DNA of 63,758 nucleotides, the filler included, from Kipferlia bialata (lineage: Eukaryota), in assembly GCA_003568945.1 (NCBI GenBank). It is 4 parts of 4 records of this genome, joined end to end, with 100 filler letters (N's around TTAATTAATTAA, not from the genome) between each part and the next. Parts side by side here need not be neighbours in the genome. Positions count along the whole stretch, not along the records: positions 1 to 19,234 come from BDIP01000436.1; positions 19,335 to 38,562 come from BDIP01000437.1; 2 more parts are not named here. One strand, written 5' to 3'. Below, in pieces: positions 13,140-24,499 of the stretch (positions within the stretch are counted from its first letter, which is position 1; every line of letters begins with the position of its first letter). The translations under genes were made by a program, and so were the position numbers. The notes below the pieces were generated by a model. That model saw nothing but the letters and a program-made list of their open reading frames with translations. It was not told where the DNA came from and made no database searches.

Positions 13140-15410
13140 ATGCTTAAGCTGGATATCAGAACCCCAGGGATGGGGGAGACGGTCTCCTGGGTGCTGACTG
13201 CCACTGTATCTGTGTCTGCTGCGCTGTCCTCACTGCTGATATCCCCTCTTGGGAGAATAGTCGTAAACCTCCCCTGTTTCGAGGCATCACTTGCTGTGTA
13301 TGTCTTGATCCAGGTCCTCTATCAGCGGAAGCATTACAACGCCTGTGTGGGACGGCAGTCTATGTTCCCATCAGTAACAGGACTCGCAGTCACTGCAACT
13401 AAGTGTCCCATTCCAGTTGATGGCGGTGTAGTCGACACTGAGTATCACACATTCCAGCATCCTGTGGACCCTGCCCTGGTTGAGCTTGAGCACTCTCTCC
13501 ACCGTGTGCAGAGTGTGTTCCAGGATGCACAGCGCATGGCCATCATGGCATCCAGACAGCTGATGTCCCCGGCCTCCCCTTTGAGACAGCCTTCTGGGGC
13601 AGAGTCTGATGCCATTACTCAAGCAGTCAGTCCTACCAGTCGTGGTGTCCACACACCTGGTAGTGAGCTGGGCAGTCTGGTGGTTGTCGATGGATGCACT
13701 TCGAGTCAGGTGTCTGCCCTCACCGACGCTCTCTCCTGCCGAGACATACCCCACCAGGTAGAGGATGTGTGTGGTGAGCGGTGTGTGGTGGCTGCATGTG
13801 CTCCAGATGCGATGCGTGTGTGTGCTGTGTGTCTGCTGTCCCACCCTGACCCAGATGCCTCTGCACACATGCTTGACCTCTCCAGCAGCCACGGGCCCCT
13901 ACCCCTCTTCGTCGCACCCCACCCGGCACCCCCTATACCCTCAGCCGAGATGCGCCGTGTGATGGGGCCCCTTCGTCCTGTCCTCAGGAGATGGCTGCCG
14001 TGGCTGCTGCACCAGGGCCGTCTTGTGTGTGGGTGTCTGCCAGAGGGTGGAGAGCCTAGTCTGCTTGTGGGACCATCTGTCAGAGGGGTGCAAGTCACAC
14101 GTGCCCCAGAGGAGTTTGGGGATGAGGGTACCTCTCCCCCTCTGCTCTTCTCCCTGCAGAAGTGTGACCCTGTTATGCCCATCCTCACCCCTCTGAAGGA
14201 CTCCTCTGGTGAGTCAGTGGACAGCTCCCTCTCCCTTGGAAATCAGACCCCTGTCAGACCACTGCTGCCGCTCCCCTCCAGGGTCAGCACCACCCTTGTC
14301 GTCCATGCCCTGTCGATATCAGGCACAGACATCAGACCGGTGCCCCAGAGGGAGTCTCCCATGCCCAGTCTGCAGCGCATGCCGTGTCGGTGGGCGTACC
14401 CTGACAGCACTGTGTTCCACCCCTTGCTCTCCCATGTGTCTGACAGTGGGGTGTCACAGGGTGAGCCCCTCCCCAGCCTGCTCCACATACAGTCTGGTGC
14501 ATGTGCAGACACCCCCACCTCGCCTGTCAGTTACACCGAGGACGTGTCTCCCCACGTGGCAGAGCTATGCGTCTCCACCCAGATCCAGGACGCCCCCTCC
14601 TCCACACACGGCCTCACCTACCGTCTGTACCTCCACTCCCTTGTACTCGACCAAGGCGATGTCTCTGTCTCTCTGTGTGTGGGGGATGTGTCGGTGATGC
14701 GTCTGAGTGTGTCTACCGGGGTATGCACTATGGTCACAAGGGCAGGGCCCCTCTCCATCAGTGTCGGGGACCTGTCTGCCCATGACGAGGTGTGCATGAC
14801 CCTTTATGACACCCTCAGGGTAGGGGAGCAGGTGCTCTCAATAGCCGTGGGGTCAGTGGGGTATGGGTGTTACCCTCTGACAGTGGGAGAGAGACCCGTG
14901 TCGCTCTTTGTGACTGTGACCTCCCCTGAGGCTCCCCAGGGCCCAATGGACGTCGTCATCGATGCATGTGTGGAAGTGGATTCGGCTCTCTCCCCCCAGC
15001 GCTCCACCCTGCGGCGTCTGACCACGGACCCCCTCACCCGCCGCTCCATCTCCTCTGTGATGTCACCAGATGGGTCTGTGTCTCTGTTGGCCATGCTCGA
15101 GGCCTGTCTGGCAGAGCCCCTCTCCGATGTGGCGGCTGGTCTGCTGCTGGGCCTGGTCAGAATGGTGGTTCCTGCCTCTGTCGCCTGTGACATGGCCTTG
15201 TCACACGTCCAGTGGGCCCTGCTGGTGGAAGGATGGGTGGGGGGACTAGGCCTCGGGGTGTTCTGGTCCCGCACCCCTGTCGGTGCATCTCTCTTCCACT
15301 ATCTAGAGGAATATGGGGCAGAGGGGCCTATGCCCCCAGAGATGACAGCAGGGCTGGAGTCTGCTGTGGAAAGTGCATATGACTCTATCAATACTGTTCT
15401 CAGACGGTAG
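13140..15410 (+). CDS. Hypothetical protein, single long exon (true start uncertain, possibly ATG 13362)
   Basis: 756-codon uninterrupted ORF, divergent from UTP12; no motif recognised. Confidence 0.7.
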   Translation: MLKLDIRTPGMGETVSWVLTATVSVSAALSSLLISPLGRIVVNLPCFEASLAVYVLIQVLYQRKHYNACVGRQSMFPSVTGLAVTATKCPIPVDGGVVDTEYHTFQHPVDPALVELEHSLHRVQSVFQDAQRMAIMASRQLMSPASPLRQPSGAESDAITQAVSPTSRGVHTPGSELGSLVVVDGCTSSQVSALTDALSCRDIPHQVEDVCGERCVVAACAPDAMRVCAVCLLSHPDPDASAHMLDLSSSHGPLPLFVAPHPAPPIPSAEMRRVMGPLRPVLRRWLPWLLHQGRLVCGCLPEGGEPSLLVGPSVRGVQVTRAPEEFGDEGTSPPLLFSLQKCDPVMPILTPLKDSSGESVDSSLSLGNQTPVRPLLPLPSRVSTTLVVHALSISGTDIRPVPQRESPMPSLQRMPCRWAYPDSTVFHPLLSHVSDSGVSQGEPLPSLLHIQSGACADTPTSPVSYTEDVSPHVAELCVSTQIQDAPSSTHGLTYRLYLHSLVLDQGDVSVSLCVGDVSVMRLSVSTGVCTMVTRAGPLSISVGDLSAHDEVCMTLYDTLRVGEQVLSIAVGSVGYGCYPLTVGERPVSLFVTVTSPEAPQGPMDVVIDACVEVDSALSPQRSTLRRLTTDPLTRRSISSVMSPDGSVSLLAMLEACLAEPLSDVAAGLLLGLVRMVVPASVACDMALSHVQWALLVEGWVGGLGLGVFWSRTPVGASLFHYLEEYGAEGPMPPEMTAGLESAVESAYDSINTVLRR

Positions 15411-15805
15411 TAAGGTGTTTGGTCAGGTTCTGTCTGTCGCTCTTGTTTTCTGAGAATTGTGATAAGTAACTCTGAATAGATGGCACAATATCCGTCGAGG
15501 TCGATGGTTGTGTACAGTACGTTATCCTGCTTGGGGTATCCATGGCGACCAAGAATATGGCTACAAGTATATGGCTTTGAGTCATTGTTATGGGCAGAGA
15601 GACTCAGATGTGACATGCGCTACACCCCTTTGAACTTTTGGAAACAAAAACAGAGCATCACCAAATCGAGCCCCAGCCTGACGCTTTAAGCAGCGATTAC
15701 CTGTTTCTCACACGTCGTGGGAACAGGCCACGCACTGTGTTTCAGGAATAGTGGAAATAGGGACTCTTAGGCCGTTTTAGTTGCGGGCGGCAGCTCCTAA
15801 GTGAG

Positions 15806-18800
15806 ATGCCATCTGACAGTGGTCCTCAGAAGCACAGCATCGTCCTATCATTCTTTGACGCCTCTGAGAAGAGATATAAGAATGTTGGACGTGGCTTTGT
15901 CTCCGTAGCAAGGTATGTGTTGGTCTCTTTCCTTCGGTTTGACTGTCATTGTTGTTACTCTCGTTCCTCCCGAGTCTCTAGTCATTCGGTGTGGTGTGCC
16001 GTTGCTTTGTAGCCAGTTCGCACTGTTGCTTGGATAAGTATGGGAGTTCCTCTAACGTGCAGGATCAGTGATTCTGCGCCACGGCACGCATTCGTTATAT
16101 ACGTCCCCCAGAGAGGTGCTGAGGTAAGAACCGGTTTAGGTGTTATCTGTCCTTTTTACTGTCTCAGTTCTTGCTCTGTGCTCACCCTAGGCTCCCAGGC
16201 GCATTGTGTCTGACCCTGTGACGTCCAAGTTCAACCTGACCCAGCAAGGGACGGGTCTGTACTACGCCTTCAGAGACAGCCAGGGCCATGCCTGGAGCAT
16301 CAACTTTGTGCAGGAGTCCTCCTGTCGGGCTGTGCTTGCCGCAGTTGCCGCTGCTCAGGAGGAGGACAAGCGGAAGCCCAGTCGCGACAAGTACAAGGTG
16401 CTGTTTGACGAGCTGGGGTCTGGGAAGGTGTGCGAGGAGGGAGACAAGGCAGGTGTCACGTACACTGTCTATGCCCCATCCGTCCAGCCATCAGACGTTC
16501 TGCACGGAGTGATCCCCGAGGACTCTGCGGTGCTCTACTGCAAGACGAGGCACCATGTGTTCCACGTGTCCTCCACCCCTGCCTCTGCCGCCTTCGAGGG
16601 TCTGGACTGTGCCACCCTAGGCATGACAAAGGGCGGCAGGAGGGTGGTGTGGTGCCCGGCATCCGACCTGGCCTGCTCGTCCTTCCCCCAGCCCCCCTGC
16701 GGGTGTGTGATGGAGGTGTCTCTGGGCAAGCTGAAGAAGGCAGACAAGCCAGAGCCCGTCCCAGAGCCAGAGCCCGAGCCGGAGCCCTCAGTACCCGAGG
16801 TGCAGGAGGTAGAGGAGCCTGTGGTGGAGGAGGCTGCCCCAGTGGCTGTGGCTGCCCCCCAGCAGGTGTCGCCTGGGTACCCCGGGTACCCCACTGGACC
16901 CCAGGGTGACAGCACTGGTATGCTTGCCCAGATGGCCATGCTCACCAACCAGCAAATGCTGCTGGCCCAGGAGAGGAACAGGCCCACGGACTCATACAGG
17001 GAGGCAGGGAGGCCAGAGGAGAGAGGCAGGGACAGGGAGTACGAGCGCCAGAGGGAGAGGGAGAGAGAGCAGGTGCACGAGCTGCTGCGCCTCTCTGCCT
17101 CCCAGCCTGGCCTGATTGACGATGAGGGCAAGGCCCAGCTGTTGTCCATAGCCATGCACGGCACAGGCCACACGGTGGCAGGGGTCCTGGCCGCCATGGC
17201 ATCCAGGAGGATGGCATCCCCCGCCCCCCCCACCACACCCACCCCCGCCCCCGCCGCTGCCCCTACCCCTGCCCCTGAGGCCCAGGTGCCCGAGGCCAAG
17301 GCAGAGACAGAGGAGGCGGTGGAGAGAGAGACACGCGAGGAGAGAGAGGCCAGGGAGACTCGCATGTGTGAGCTGGAGTCCAAGGTTGCTGACCTTCACG
17401 CCATGTTCAACCTGCCAGGTGCCCTGCCAGACCCCGAGACGGGCATGCCCTCTGCCGAGACCAAGAAGCTGATCGACACTGGCAGCAGGCTGGTGCTATC
17501 TGTGCAGTATCTGGTGACTGATGCTGACAGGCAGAGGCGGGTGGCCAGGGACGCCCAGACCGCCATGGATGGGCTCAAGGAGCAGCTGAACGTGGTGACT
17601 GAGCAGGGAAGGTGTGCCCTGGAGGAGGAGAAGCAGCAGCACACCGAGGACGTGGCCACCCTCTCCGACCGCCTGGAGAAGGACCTTGTCCACAGGGCCC
17701 AGCTCTCTGATGACCTCGAGTCTGCCCGCACCGACCTGCGCAGGATGAGTGGAAGACTCGAGGCCTCCCACGCTGAGAGCATCGAGCTGCAGTCCCAGCT
17801 GAAGAGAGAGAGGGACGGCAGGGAGAGGGAGGGGGAGGACAACAGCCGCCGCATTGCTGGGCTGGAGGGTGCCCTGGCTGAGACCCGTGCCCAGCACAGG
17901 CTGGAGGTGGAGACGTGGCACGCTAAGGAGAGGGAGATGCAGGAGATCATCGACAAGCTGCGGGAGGACCTTGCTGAGCAGGCGTCTGTGTGCGAGGGTC
18001 TGCAGTCTGACGTGAGGGAGAGGGACAGCGTGATTGCCACGATGCGCTCCAACCTGCAGAAGCTGAAGGCCCACGTCCTGAAGCTGAGGCAGGCCATGAA
18101 GCAGCTGTCTGAGGAGAAGGCCAAGGTGGAGGCAGCCCTCACTGCCGTGACTGAGGAGAGAGACACCCTCTCTGCCACCCTGGAGGAGACCCAGCAGACC
18201 CTGGCCACCACACAGGAGGAGAGGGATGCTGGTATCCAGCAGATTGCCGAGATGACTGAGGCTAGGAAGGAGGCTGATGCCTCCCACGCCGCAGAGGTGG
18301 AGGCACTCTCCACAGCCCATGTGGAGGAGACAGCTGCCACTGTGGCAGCCCACGAGGAGAGGGTGCAGACACTGGAGCAGGAGATGGATGCCCAGAGGCA
18401 GAGCCTGACTGCTGAGAGAGAGGCTGTAGAGGCTAAGGCAGCTGAGAGGCTCGCTGCCCTGGAGGCTGAGAGGGTTGCGGATGTGGCTAGGCTGGAGACA
18501 GAGGCAGAGGCCAAGGCCGCCGCTCACCTTGCTGAGAGTGAGGCCACTGCCCAGAGACATGCCGAGGAGACCAGGGTGCTCGAGGAGACCCATGCCTCTG
18601 TGCTGGAGCAGGAGAGACAGAGTGCGGCCCAGGCACTGACTGAGGCATCACAGGCCGCAGAGAGGCAGAGGCAGGAGGCCGCCTCAGCTCTGGAGGGGGC
18701 TTCTGCCCAGCACGCCTCTGCCCTGGAGGTCCTGACTGCCCAGCACAGAGAGACTCTGACTGCTGCCGAGACCAGCCATGCCGAGCAGATGACCCACGCC

Positions 18801-19234
18801 ACAGAGGATCTGACATCCAGGTTCGAGGGTATGTTGGGTGAGAAGGAGGCTGAGGTGCAGAGGGTGAGGGCAGAGGTGGCGGCAGGGGCCCAGGCCCTTG
18901 CTGCCCTGTCCGAGCAGCACCAGGTCGAGATTGCCTCTCTGAGGGAGGAGCTGGCCAAGACCCACTCCAGCCTGGAGGCCACATGCGTCCAGAGGGACTC
19001 CCTGCTGGAGTCCGTGGCCCAGCTCTCCACCGATGTGCAGGGCATGCACAACATGGCACAGGAGCAGGGAGAGACGGAGGAGGCTGAGGTAGAGGCCGAG
19101 GTGGAGGAGGTTGCTGAGCCCGAGCCCGAGGTTGCTGACCCTCTCTCCTTCGTAACTGAGGAGCCCGAGGCTGAGGCTGAGCCTGAGGTTGCTGACCCTC
19201 TCTCCTTCGTAGATGAGGAGCCCGAGGCTGAGGC
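15806..19234 (+). CDS. FKBP15: FKBP15/WAFL-like protein: N-terminal WH1-like region, degenerate FKBP domain, long coiled coil; 3'-truncated by contig end
   Basis: Phase-compatible exons 15806-15912, 16063-16123, 16191-19234. YYAFRDSQGHAWSINF is followed by FKBP-like GSGKVCEEGDKAGVTY...GLDCATLGMTKGGRRVVWCP and then >500 aa of heptad-rich sequence. Confidence 0.7.
19110..19234 (+). repeat. Coding minisatellite (~57 bp unit, EPEVADPLSFVxEEPEAEA)
   Basis: GAGGTTGCTGACCCTCTCTCCTTCGTA occurs twice immediately before the contig break. Confidence 0.8.
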
Positions 19235-19334
19235 NNNNNNNNNNNNNNNNNNNNNNNNNNNNNNNNNNNNNNNNNNNNTTAATTAATTAANNNNNNNNNN
19301 NNNNNNNNNNNNNNNNNNNNNNNNNNNNNNNNNN
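19235..19334. other. Artificial contig linker N44-TTAATTAATTAA-N44
   Basis: 12-mer at 19279-19290 with stops in all six frames, centred in a 100-nt spacer. Confidence 0.95.
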
Positions 19335-19490
19335 TCCAGTAACAGTGTCGTTATTATACTGATGCCTTAGAATAGATACATTCAGCTTAGATCTATGTGT
19401 CACAGTGGGTCAATGTAGCTAAGTTAGGTCCAAAGGTTATAAGAAGAATTTAGCAGGAAACGCGACCCGAAGGGTCGCGCAAGCCCCTAG
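19335..19490 (+). mobile_element. 3' terminus of a Helitron-type rolling-circle transposon
   Basis: GC-rich hairpin CGCGACCC-GAA-GGGTCGCG (19461-19479), 7 nt spacer, CTAG (19487-19490), then T; lies at a contig start. Confidence 0.6.
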
Positions 19491-20129
19491 TCTCTCAAAT
19501 GCACTAATCTATCTTAGAGGATCATGATTCCAGAAACCATTTCCGGATTATCCAATTCAAGTAATGGGCCCGTTTTGACACATGTCCCTATTACTTCCGT
19601 TGGGTAGGAAGCCTATATCATCATACTCAGTCCGATATTCTAACCCGACTCTCATTTCATGATCAAATTACACGTCATATTATTCAAACGCCCCCCCTGA
19701 CATCAGCGAAAGAGTCATGAGGATTGGGTGGGGAGAGAGACAGAAAAAACTGCCATAGATAAAATGTCCGAAGGAGTGGTGGACGTCTAGCTCAGCGGCT
19801 TTGGTGCTGATCTCGGGGTATGTGACTATGGGATCGAACATTGGCCTTTACTTCAGACTTAAGTCTTCAGTTGCCACACTCTGGTTTCCCAACCTTCTCC
19901 GGGCCACACTTCTGAATATTTGACTGAAGTGACCTACAGAGGAGGAGAGTTAGCATATTGTGTATGTTAGGCACGCCTGCTAAGTTCCTGAGTCTGCGAG
20001 ACTGGTACTGATGAAGTGGCGTGAAAGTAACGACGAAAAGAGTAGTTGTTCACCGACTTAGCACAGCGGAGGACATGGATATCAACATAGAGAGCATGGA
20101 ATAAATCCACCATATATTCCAACATCAAC

Positions 20130-20515
20130 CTAGACGGCGTGAGATCCTGCCCTGCCCGGAAGGAGCGACGCGGAGGAGGTATACGCTGCATCCACTCTTG
20201 ATTGCAGCACGGAGCGCCTTAGCCCCGTCGTCTCCGAGGCTGTTTCTGTCCAGGTGCAGCTGGTGTGAGGGTCAGATATAGGAGAGGATAGGGGTACTAA
20301 TGAAAGTCAGTACTTCCCACGCACTGTTGTGACGGCTGTCAGGGACGGCAGTGCCACAGCGAGCGCCGTGGCCCCTTCGACTCCGATGCTGTTATTGGCC
20401 AGGTTCAGCTGGGGTGAGGGGCCAGATGGTGAATAGGATAGGGGTATGTGGGTACTGCAGCACTTCCCACGCACTTATGTGAGGGAAGTCAGTAGAAGCA
20501 GTGCCACAGCGAGTA
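20130..20515 (-). pseudogene. Remnant of an RNI-like LRR gene (one LRR per exon)
   Basis: Exons encode LNLANNSIGVEGATALAVALPSLTAVTT and LHLDRNSLGDDGAKAL. The upstream copy is truncated and has an in-frame TAA before its GTGCGT donor. Confidence 0.6.
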
Positions 20516-21363
20516 CATATATTCAGTGTGAATCTCGAGGGAAGTAGAGTGTGGCATCGTGAGGAGAGGGAGGGAGGCGGAGAGAGAGAGTACTAGGAAG
20601 CTTGCTGCTCACCTCCTGACGTTTTGCAGGTGGGTATCCAGGGGGGAGGACCTAGGAGGGGAGAGAGAGAGAGAGAGAGTATGCGAGGTGATGTATATGG
20701 TACCTTACTATATAGGCCTCCTCCTTTCAGCACAAAGAGAGCGAAAGGGGGTTACACCCTCTGTCTGGTGCTACATGGGAGATGACCTGTGTCGAGGGGG
20801 GAGGGGGTAGAGGTTTCCACCGCCTGTGGGCCCACATGGGTAGGTGTTACAGGGGCACTGGTGGTTTAGGTCCTGAGAGACCCTCAATGAGAGTGCAACA
20901 GGTGCAGTTGGAGCGGTAGGGGCAGTAGGAAAATTAGTATGACTCATGGATGTAGACTCTACAGCGTCTACGGTTAGAGCCACAGCGACTGGGTATACGG
21001 TTCATCTACAGTGCACTGTTGACCTATAGTCCCTACGTCATGTGAGGCATATCCCCTTATTCACAGCCTAGTGTCAACCGGAGACATGGGAGTACCACTC
21101 TGCGATGTATACAATCTCGACCTGGACCGTTGCCCAGAGTACCGCAGGCTGAAGGGCAACCTAGAATCTACGGGATCCCTGAGTGAGACAGAGGTGGGGT
21201 CTGCGGAGATTCGTACTAAGTGGCCTCGTTGACATCTTGAGCCCTCCGATTCAACCACTATATCTCTCAGAAGCTACTGTAGCGTTATGACTATGCTATA
21301 GAAGTGTGATTACTATTCCTTGACGCCCATTTTGGGGACCAAAATTTGGTCCCTCACTTCCAG

Positions 21364-22418
21364 ATGTACTTTGTGCATATCCCAAAGAGACCCAGCAGAG
21401 AGTGCTACAGTCAGGAGAATGTTGTCTGTGGCTATCTTACAATTGACAGGGAAGAGATCGGAGATAGGGTCACATTCTCTGCCCATCAGGAGCTCTATCC
21501 ATGCCCTGGGAGATATCTGGACCAATGCACTTACATAGAAATGTGCTCGGTCACTAGGATCGACATTGCCCTCTTCATCGCAGATGGTATGGACACTCTG
21601 ATCGTGTTCCACCCCGACTCCAGAAAGTGGGAGAACGCCTCCAGACAGCGCAACAACCCACACCACCAGGTGTGGCCACACTCTGTCCCAGATTATGAGG
21701 ACGTCTACGAGGTGTTTGAGCATGACGGCTGCCTTGTCATTGTCGGTGGTCTGACCCCGGATCGCCACCACCTGCAGACTCACGCATACGATCCTACGGA
21801 GAGAGTGTGGACCCTCGTGGGTATTGTGCCAATCCAGTTTGGGGACGGCATTACTCTGACAGAACGTGACGTGTTCTACGACTATACAGTCCCACTAGTG
21901 GATCTCCCTCGGTTGAGCCTTGCCGACGACGAGTCGGATGGAGAGACTGACGGATGGGGCCCACTCCCTGGGTTTGGATGGGGGTATCCCGAGGGTTTCC
22001 GTAGAGTCCGCAGATACCGCTTCTCCCTAGAGAACGGGTGGGTGGACACCGGACCTGCCCCTAAGATAGACTGTGAGACTGTTTTCGACAATACCCAATC
22101 GGAACCCTGTCTCTGTGAGAGATACCTGGTGCAGGTGGATAGGTACTGTGCTGGGGACGCTGGGTGCTACTACGGCATCAGGGCCCGTGACACAGTTACA
22201 GGTAGCAGTAGTGAACTATGAAGCTATATACTTCCCAGACTCATACTCAAGGCTACATGCAGGTCTGGTGTTCAAACAGGGGAGATCGCTGGACCTGTGA
22301 TGGGAAAGGCACTGGTTGTCGTGTGTGCCAGCTGAGTTACCGCAGGCTTCTCCTGGAGTCCCAGTGGGTCATTGAGCTGCGCTCAGAAATTGTGGATCTA
22401 GAGGCAACAAGTGGGTGA
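21364..22418 (+). CDS. Divergent kelch-like beta-propeller family protein, possibly frameshifted near the 3' end
   Basis: LIVFHPDSRKWE, LVIVGG...THAYDPTERVWTLVG, YLVQV...RDTVTG. The main ORF ends at 22221 and a family-like tail continues in another frame to 22418. Confidence 0.55.
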
Positions 22419-22529
22419 GTGTAGGATCAACAAGGTGTACGTGTGTCTTCTGTTCTCTTCAGTTAAGATGGTGATGTATGTAAGGTGCAAGGACGTTCTT
22501 CTACTCAGTATCATTCATATCTTCTCACC

Positions 22530-23590
22530 CAGGGAGGCTTTGTGGGCCGTAAAGCGCCACGAGGTGCCAGAACGTTGGGAGGCAGAGCACCATGCGTGTC
22601 AGGTCCGTTTGTGGCATGAGGATTGGAGGGATTGGGAGTAGGCAGCCGAGAGAGCGTGTGAGATACATAGAGGGTAGCAGGAGTGCGGGGAATAGCAGGG
22701 GTGGTAGTGGTGTGCATGTAGCCACATGTAGTGGCGTTTACTATAATAGTAGGGTCCAAGACTAAAAAGGCCCATCATGGTAGTATATATGCCACTTCTC
22801 TACCCTATGACCAAGTGCATGTCCAACGGACCGTTAAACACACGAAAAATGATTCTATATTCTTAGTTATAGTATATGTCTGTTGTTACCCGCCGCCACA
22901 TCTTAATGCCTATATCCCTCTCTCCCACCGGTACATGTGGGGAATCAACCTTCAGATAGTCGAAAGCAGGTGTTGAGGCAATGTGTACTCTGTAACGGAG
23001 CTCCTGATAGGAGAATACAAAGCCATCATCACCCTTGTGCTGCAAAAGCACCCTGGGTGTGAGAGAATGACATACTGATGGGTGTATCTACGCCACAGGA
23101 GAGAAGGGTACATGACACGTTAGTAGTAGTACGCACTTGGTTGTGTTGAAGGCGGTGGACATGAACCCTAGGATCTGGGCCTGGTGTGAAAGATACGTGG
23201 TTACATTACACCTACAGTCACACAGTATATACCTCCTGCATGACGCTGTGGTACATCCACGGCGTGGATTCCACGCTGCCTCCGTTAGGCTACTTTGGTG
23301 GCGAGACTATCTGGGTCAGCATTACCAGGAGGCACGAGATACGTGATGTATGATATGTGGCTAAGATTGTCGGTTGACATCTATGTACCCCAAACGTCGC
23401 CCCAAGGCGTGTGAGGAGCATTTGCAGGAGGAACACAATATGGAACGGCTAAGGTAAGAGAGAGAGAGGGAGGGTCCCGATCCAAAGAGACCACAGTATT
23501 GATATTATTGCAGACTCACGTTGTTCCTGTCTATATAGGCCTTCTCATTGGGGTTCAGAGCACGGTAAAGCTCGTGGAGTAGGGTCAGGT
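22530..23590 (-). pseudogene. Degraded multi-exon gene fragment of unknown product
   Basis: Series of short segments bounded by canonical acceptors and donors (e.g. 22930-23053, 23137-23180, 23235-23310), one containing in-frame stops. Confidence 0.3.
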
Positions 23591-23594
23591 GGTA

Positions 23595-24359
23595 TTAGCA
23601 GATCCTGTGGAGTAGGGTCAGACTCTGGGTATCAGTGCTAAGTATGGATACACTCCCAGCTAGACTGGGTACCATATAGAGTCTTACCCCATTGAGTGAA
23701 GAGGATGATGTACCTTGCGTTGTGTCCACCTCTCCAGGATGGGACAGCACACAGTCAGGGTGGGCTCTGGTCAAGGAGGTGGAGCAGACAGTGACGGGAG
23801 ACAAGGCTGAGTATTGTCTCTCAGCAATCCACGCCTGACACTTGTCTGTGTCGGTACTTTTGTGGGACATTGAATGGAAGCTGCCTCCAGAGCATAGTCT
23901 CTGGTTCACACATCCAGGAATCCACCCGATTGTTGCCAACAGGCACACCAGGTTAAGGCGTTGTTCATTGCTATACTGGAACCAAATAATGCCTCCTGCG
24001 ATAACGAACCCACCATTGACAAACCCTGTGAGGAAATAGCGTCTGGACGATGACCAGGGGGCCCCATCTATTCGTGGGATCTGCTGCCCCTCTAGGGTGG
24101 CTAGACATAGTGTCCACAGGGCTAACCTCACGACACCGATATCCTTACCGATTATTGGGTCTGAGATATCCTCTGTGACAGAGTCTCTCACGCTAACCAA
24201 AGAGTATACAACAACCCAGTCCGAAGGGACAAGAGCAAACTCCATGTTTCTGTTCCTTCCCCACTCTGGTAAAGATACATCAGTGATTTGGAATCCAGAT
24301 TGGAATCCAGATTCTGGATAGCAATTTCCGAGGAAAGTGTCCATAGTTTTGAGGCTCAA
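23595..24359 (-). CDS. Kelch-like beta-propeller family member, probably degenerate
   Basis: LWTLCLATLEGQQIPRIDGAPWSSSRRYFLTGFVNGGFVIAGG resembles PLEGAPWPEPRCYFLTAALKNHIAVVGG of the gene at 38671-39893. Confidence 0.5.
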   Translation of the reverse strand: MSLKTMDTFLGNCYPESGFQSGFQITDVSLPEWGRNRNMEFALVPSDWVVVYSLVSVRDSVTEDISDPIIGKDIGVVRLALWTLCLATLEGQQIPRIDGAPWSSSRRYFLTGFVNGGFVIAGGIIWFQYSNEQRLNLVCLLATIGWIPGCVNQRLCSGGSFHSMSHKSTDTDKCQAWIAERQYSALSPVTVCSTSLTRAHPDCVLSHPGEVDTTQGTSSSSLNGVRLYMVPSLAGSVSILSTDTQSLTLLHRIC

Positions 24360-24499
24360 ACTTTGAGCCTTTGTGAGATCACAGTGTTTCTTCTTGACTC
24401 ATATCTGCCTTATCAATCTCATATCATATGAGATTGGTATAGTTCTATGAATACTACATATACTGCCAACTTGGCAGTGCCAAGGTATGTCTCATGTGG

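Noticed and set aside
7593..19059. Many long antisense or alternate-frame ORFs over LRRC49, UTP12 and FKBP15-like
   Set aside because: Shadow ORFs expected from GC-rich, biased codon usage; no independent motifs
19279..19290. TTAATTAATTAA as a biological site (also at 38607 and 57908)
   Set aside because: Identical six-frame-stop linker centred in 100-nt N spacers. The enclosed contigs have near-equal, decreasing lengths (19228, 19201 nt), consistent with size-sorted concatenation, so synteny across linkers is meaningless
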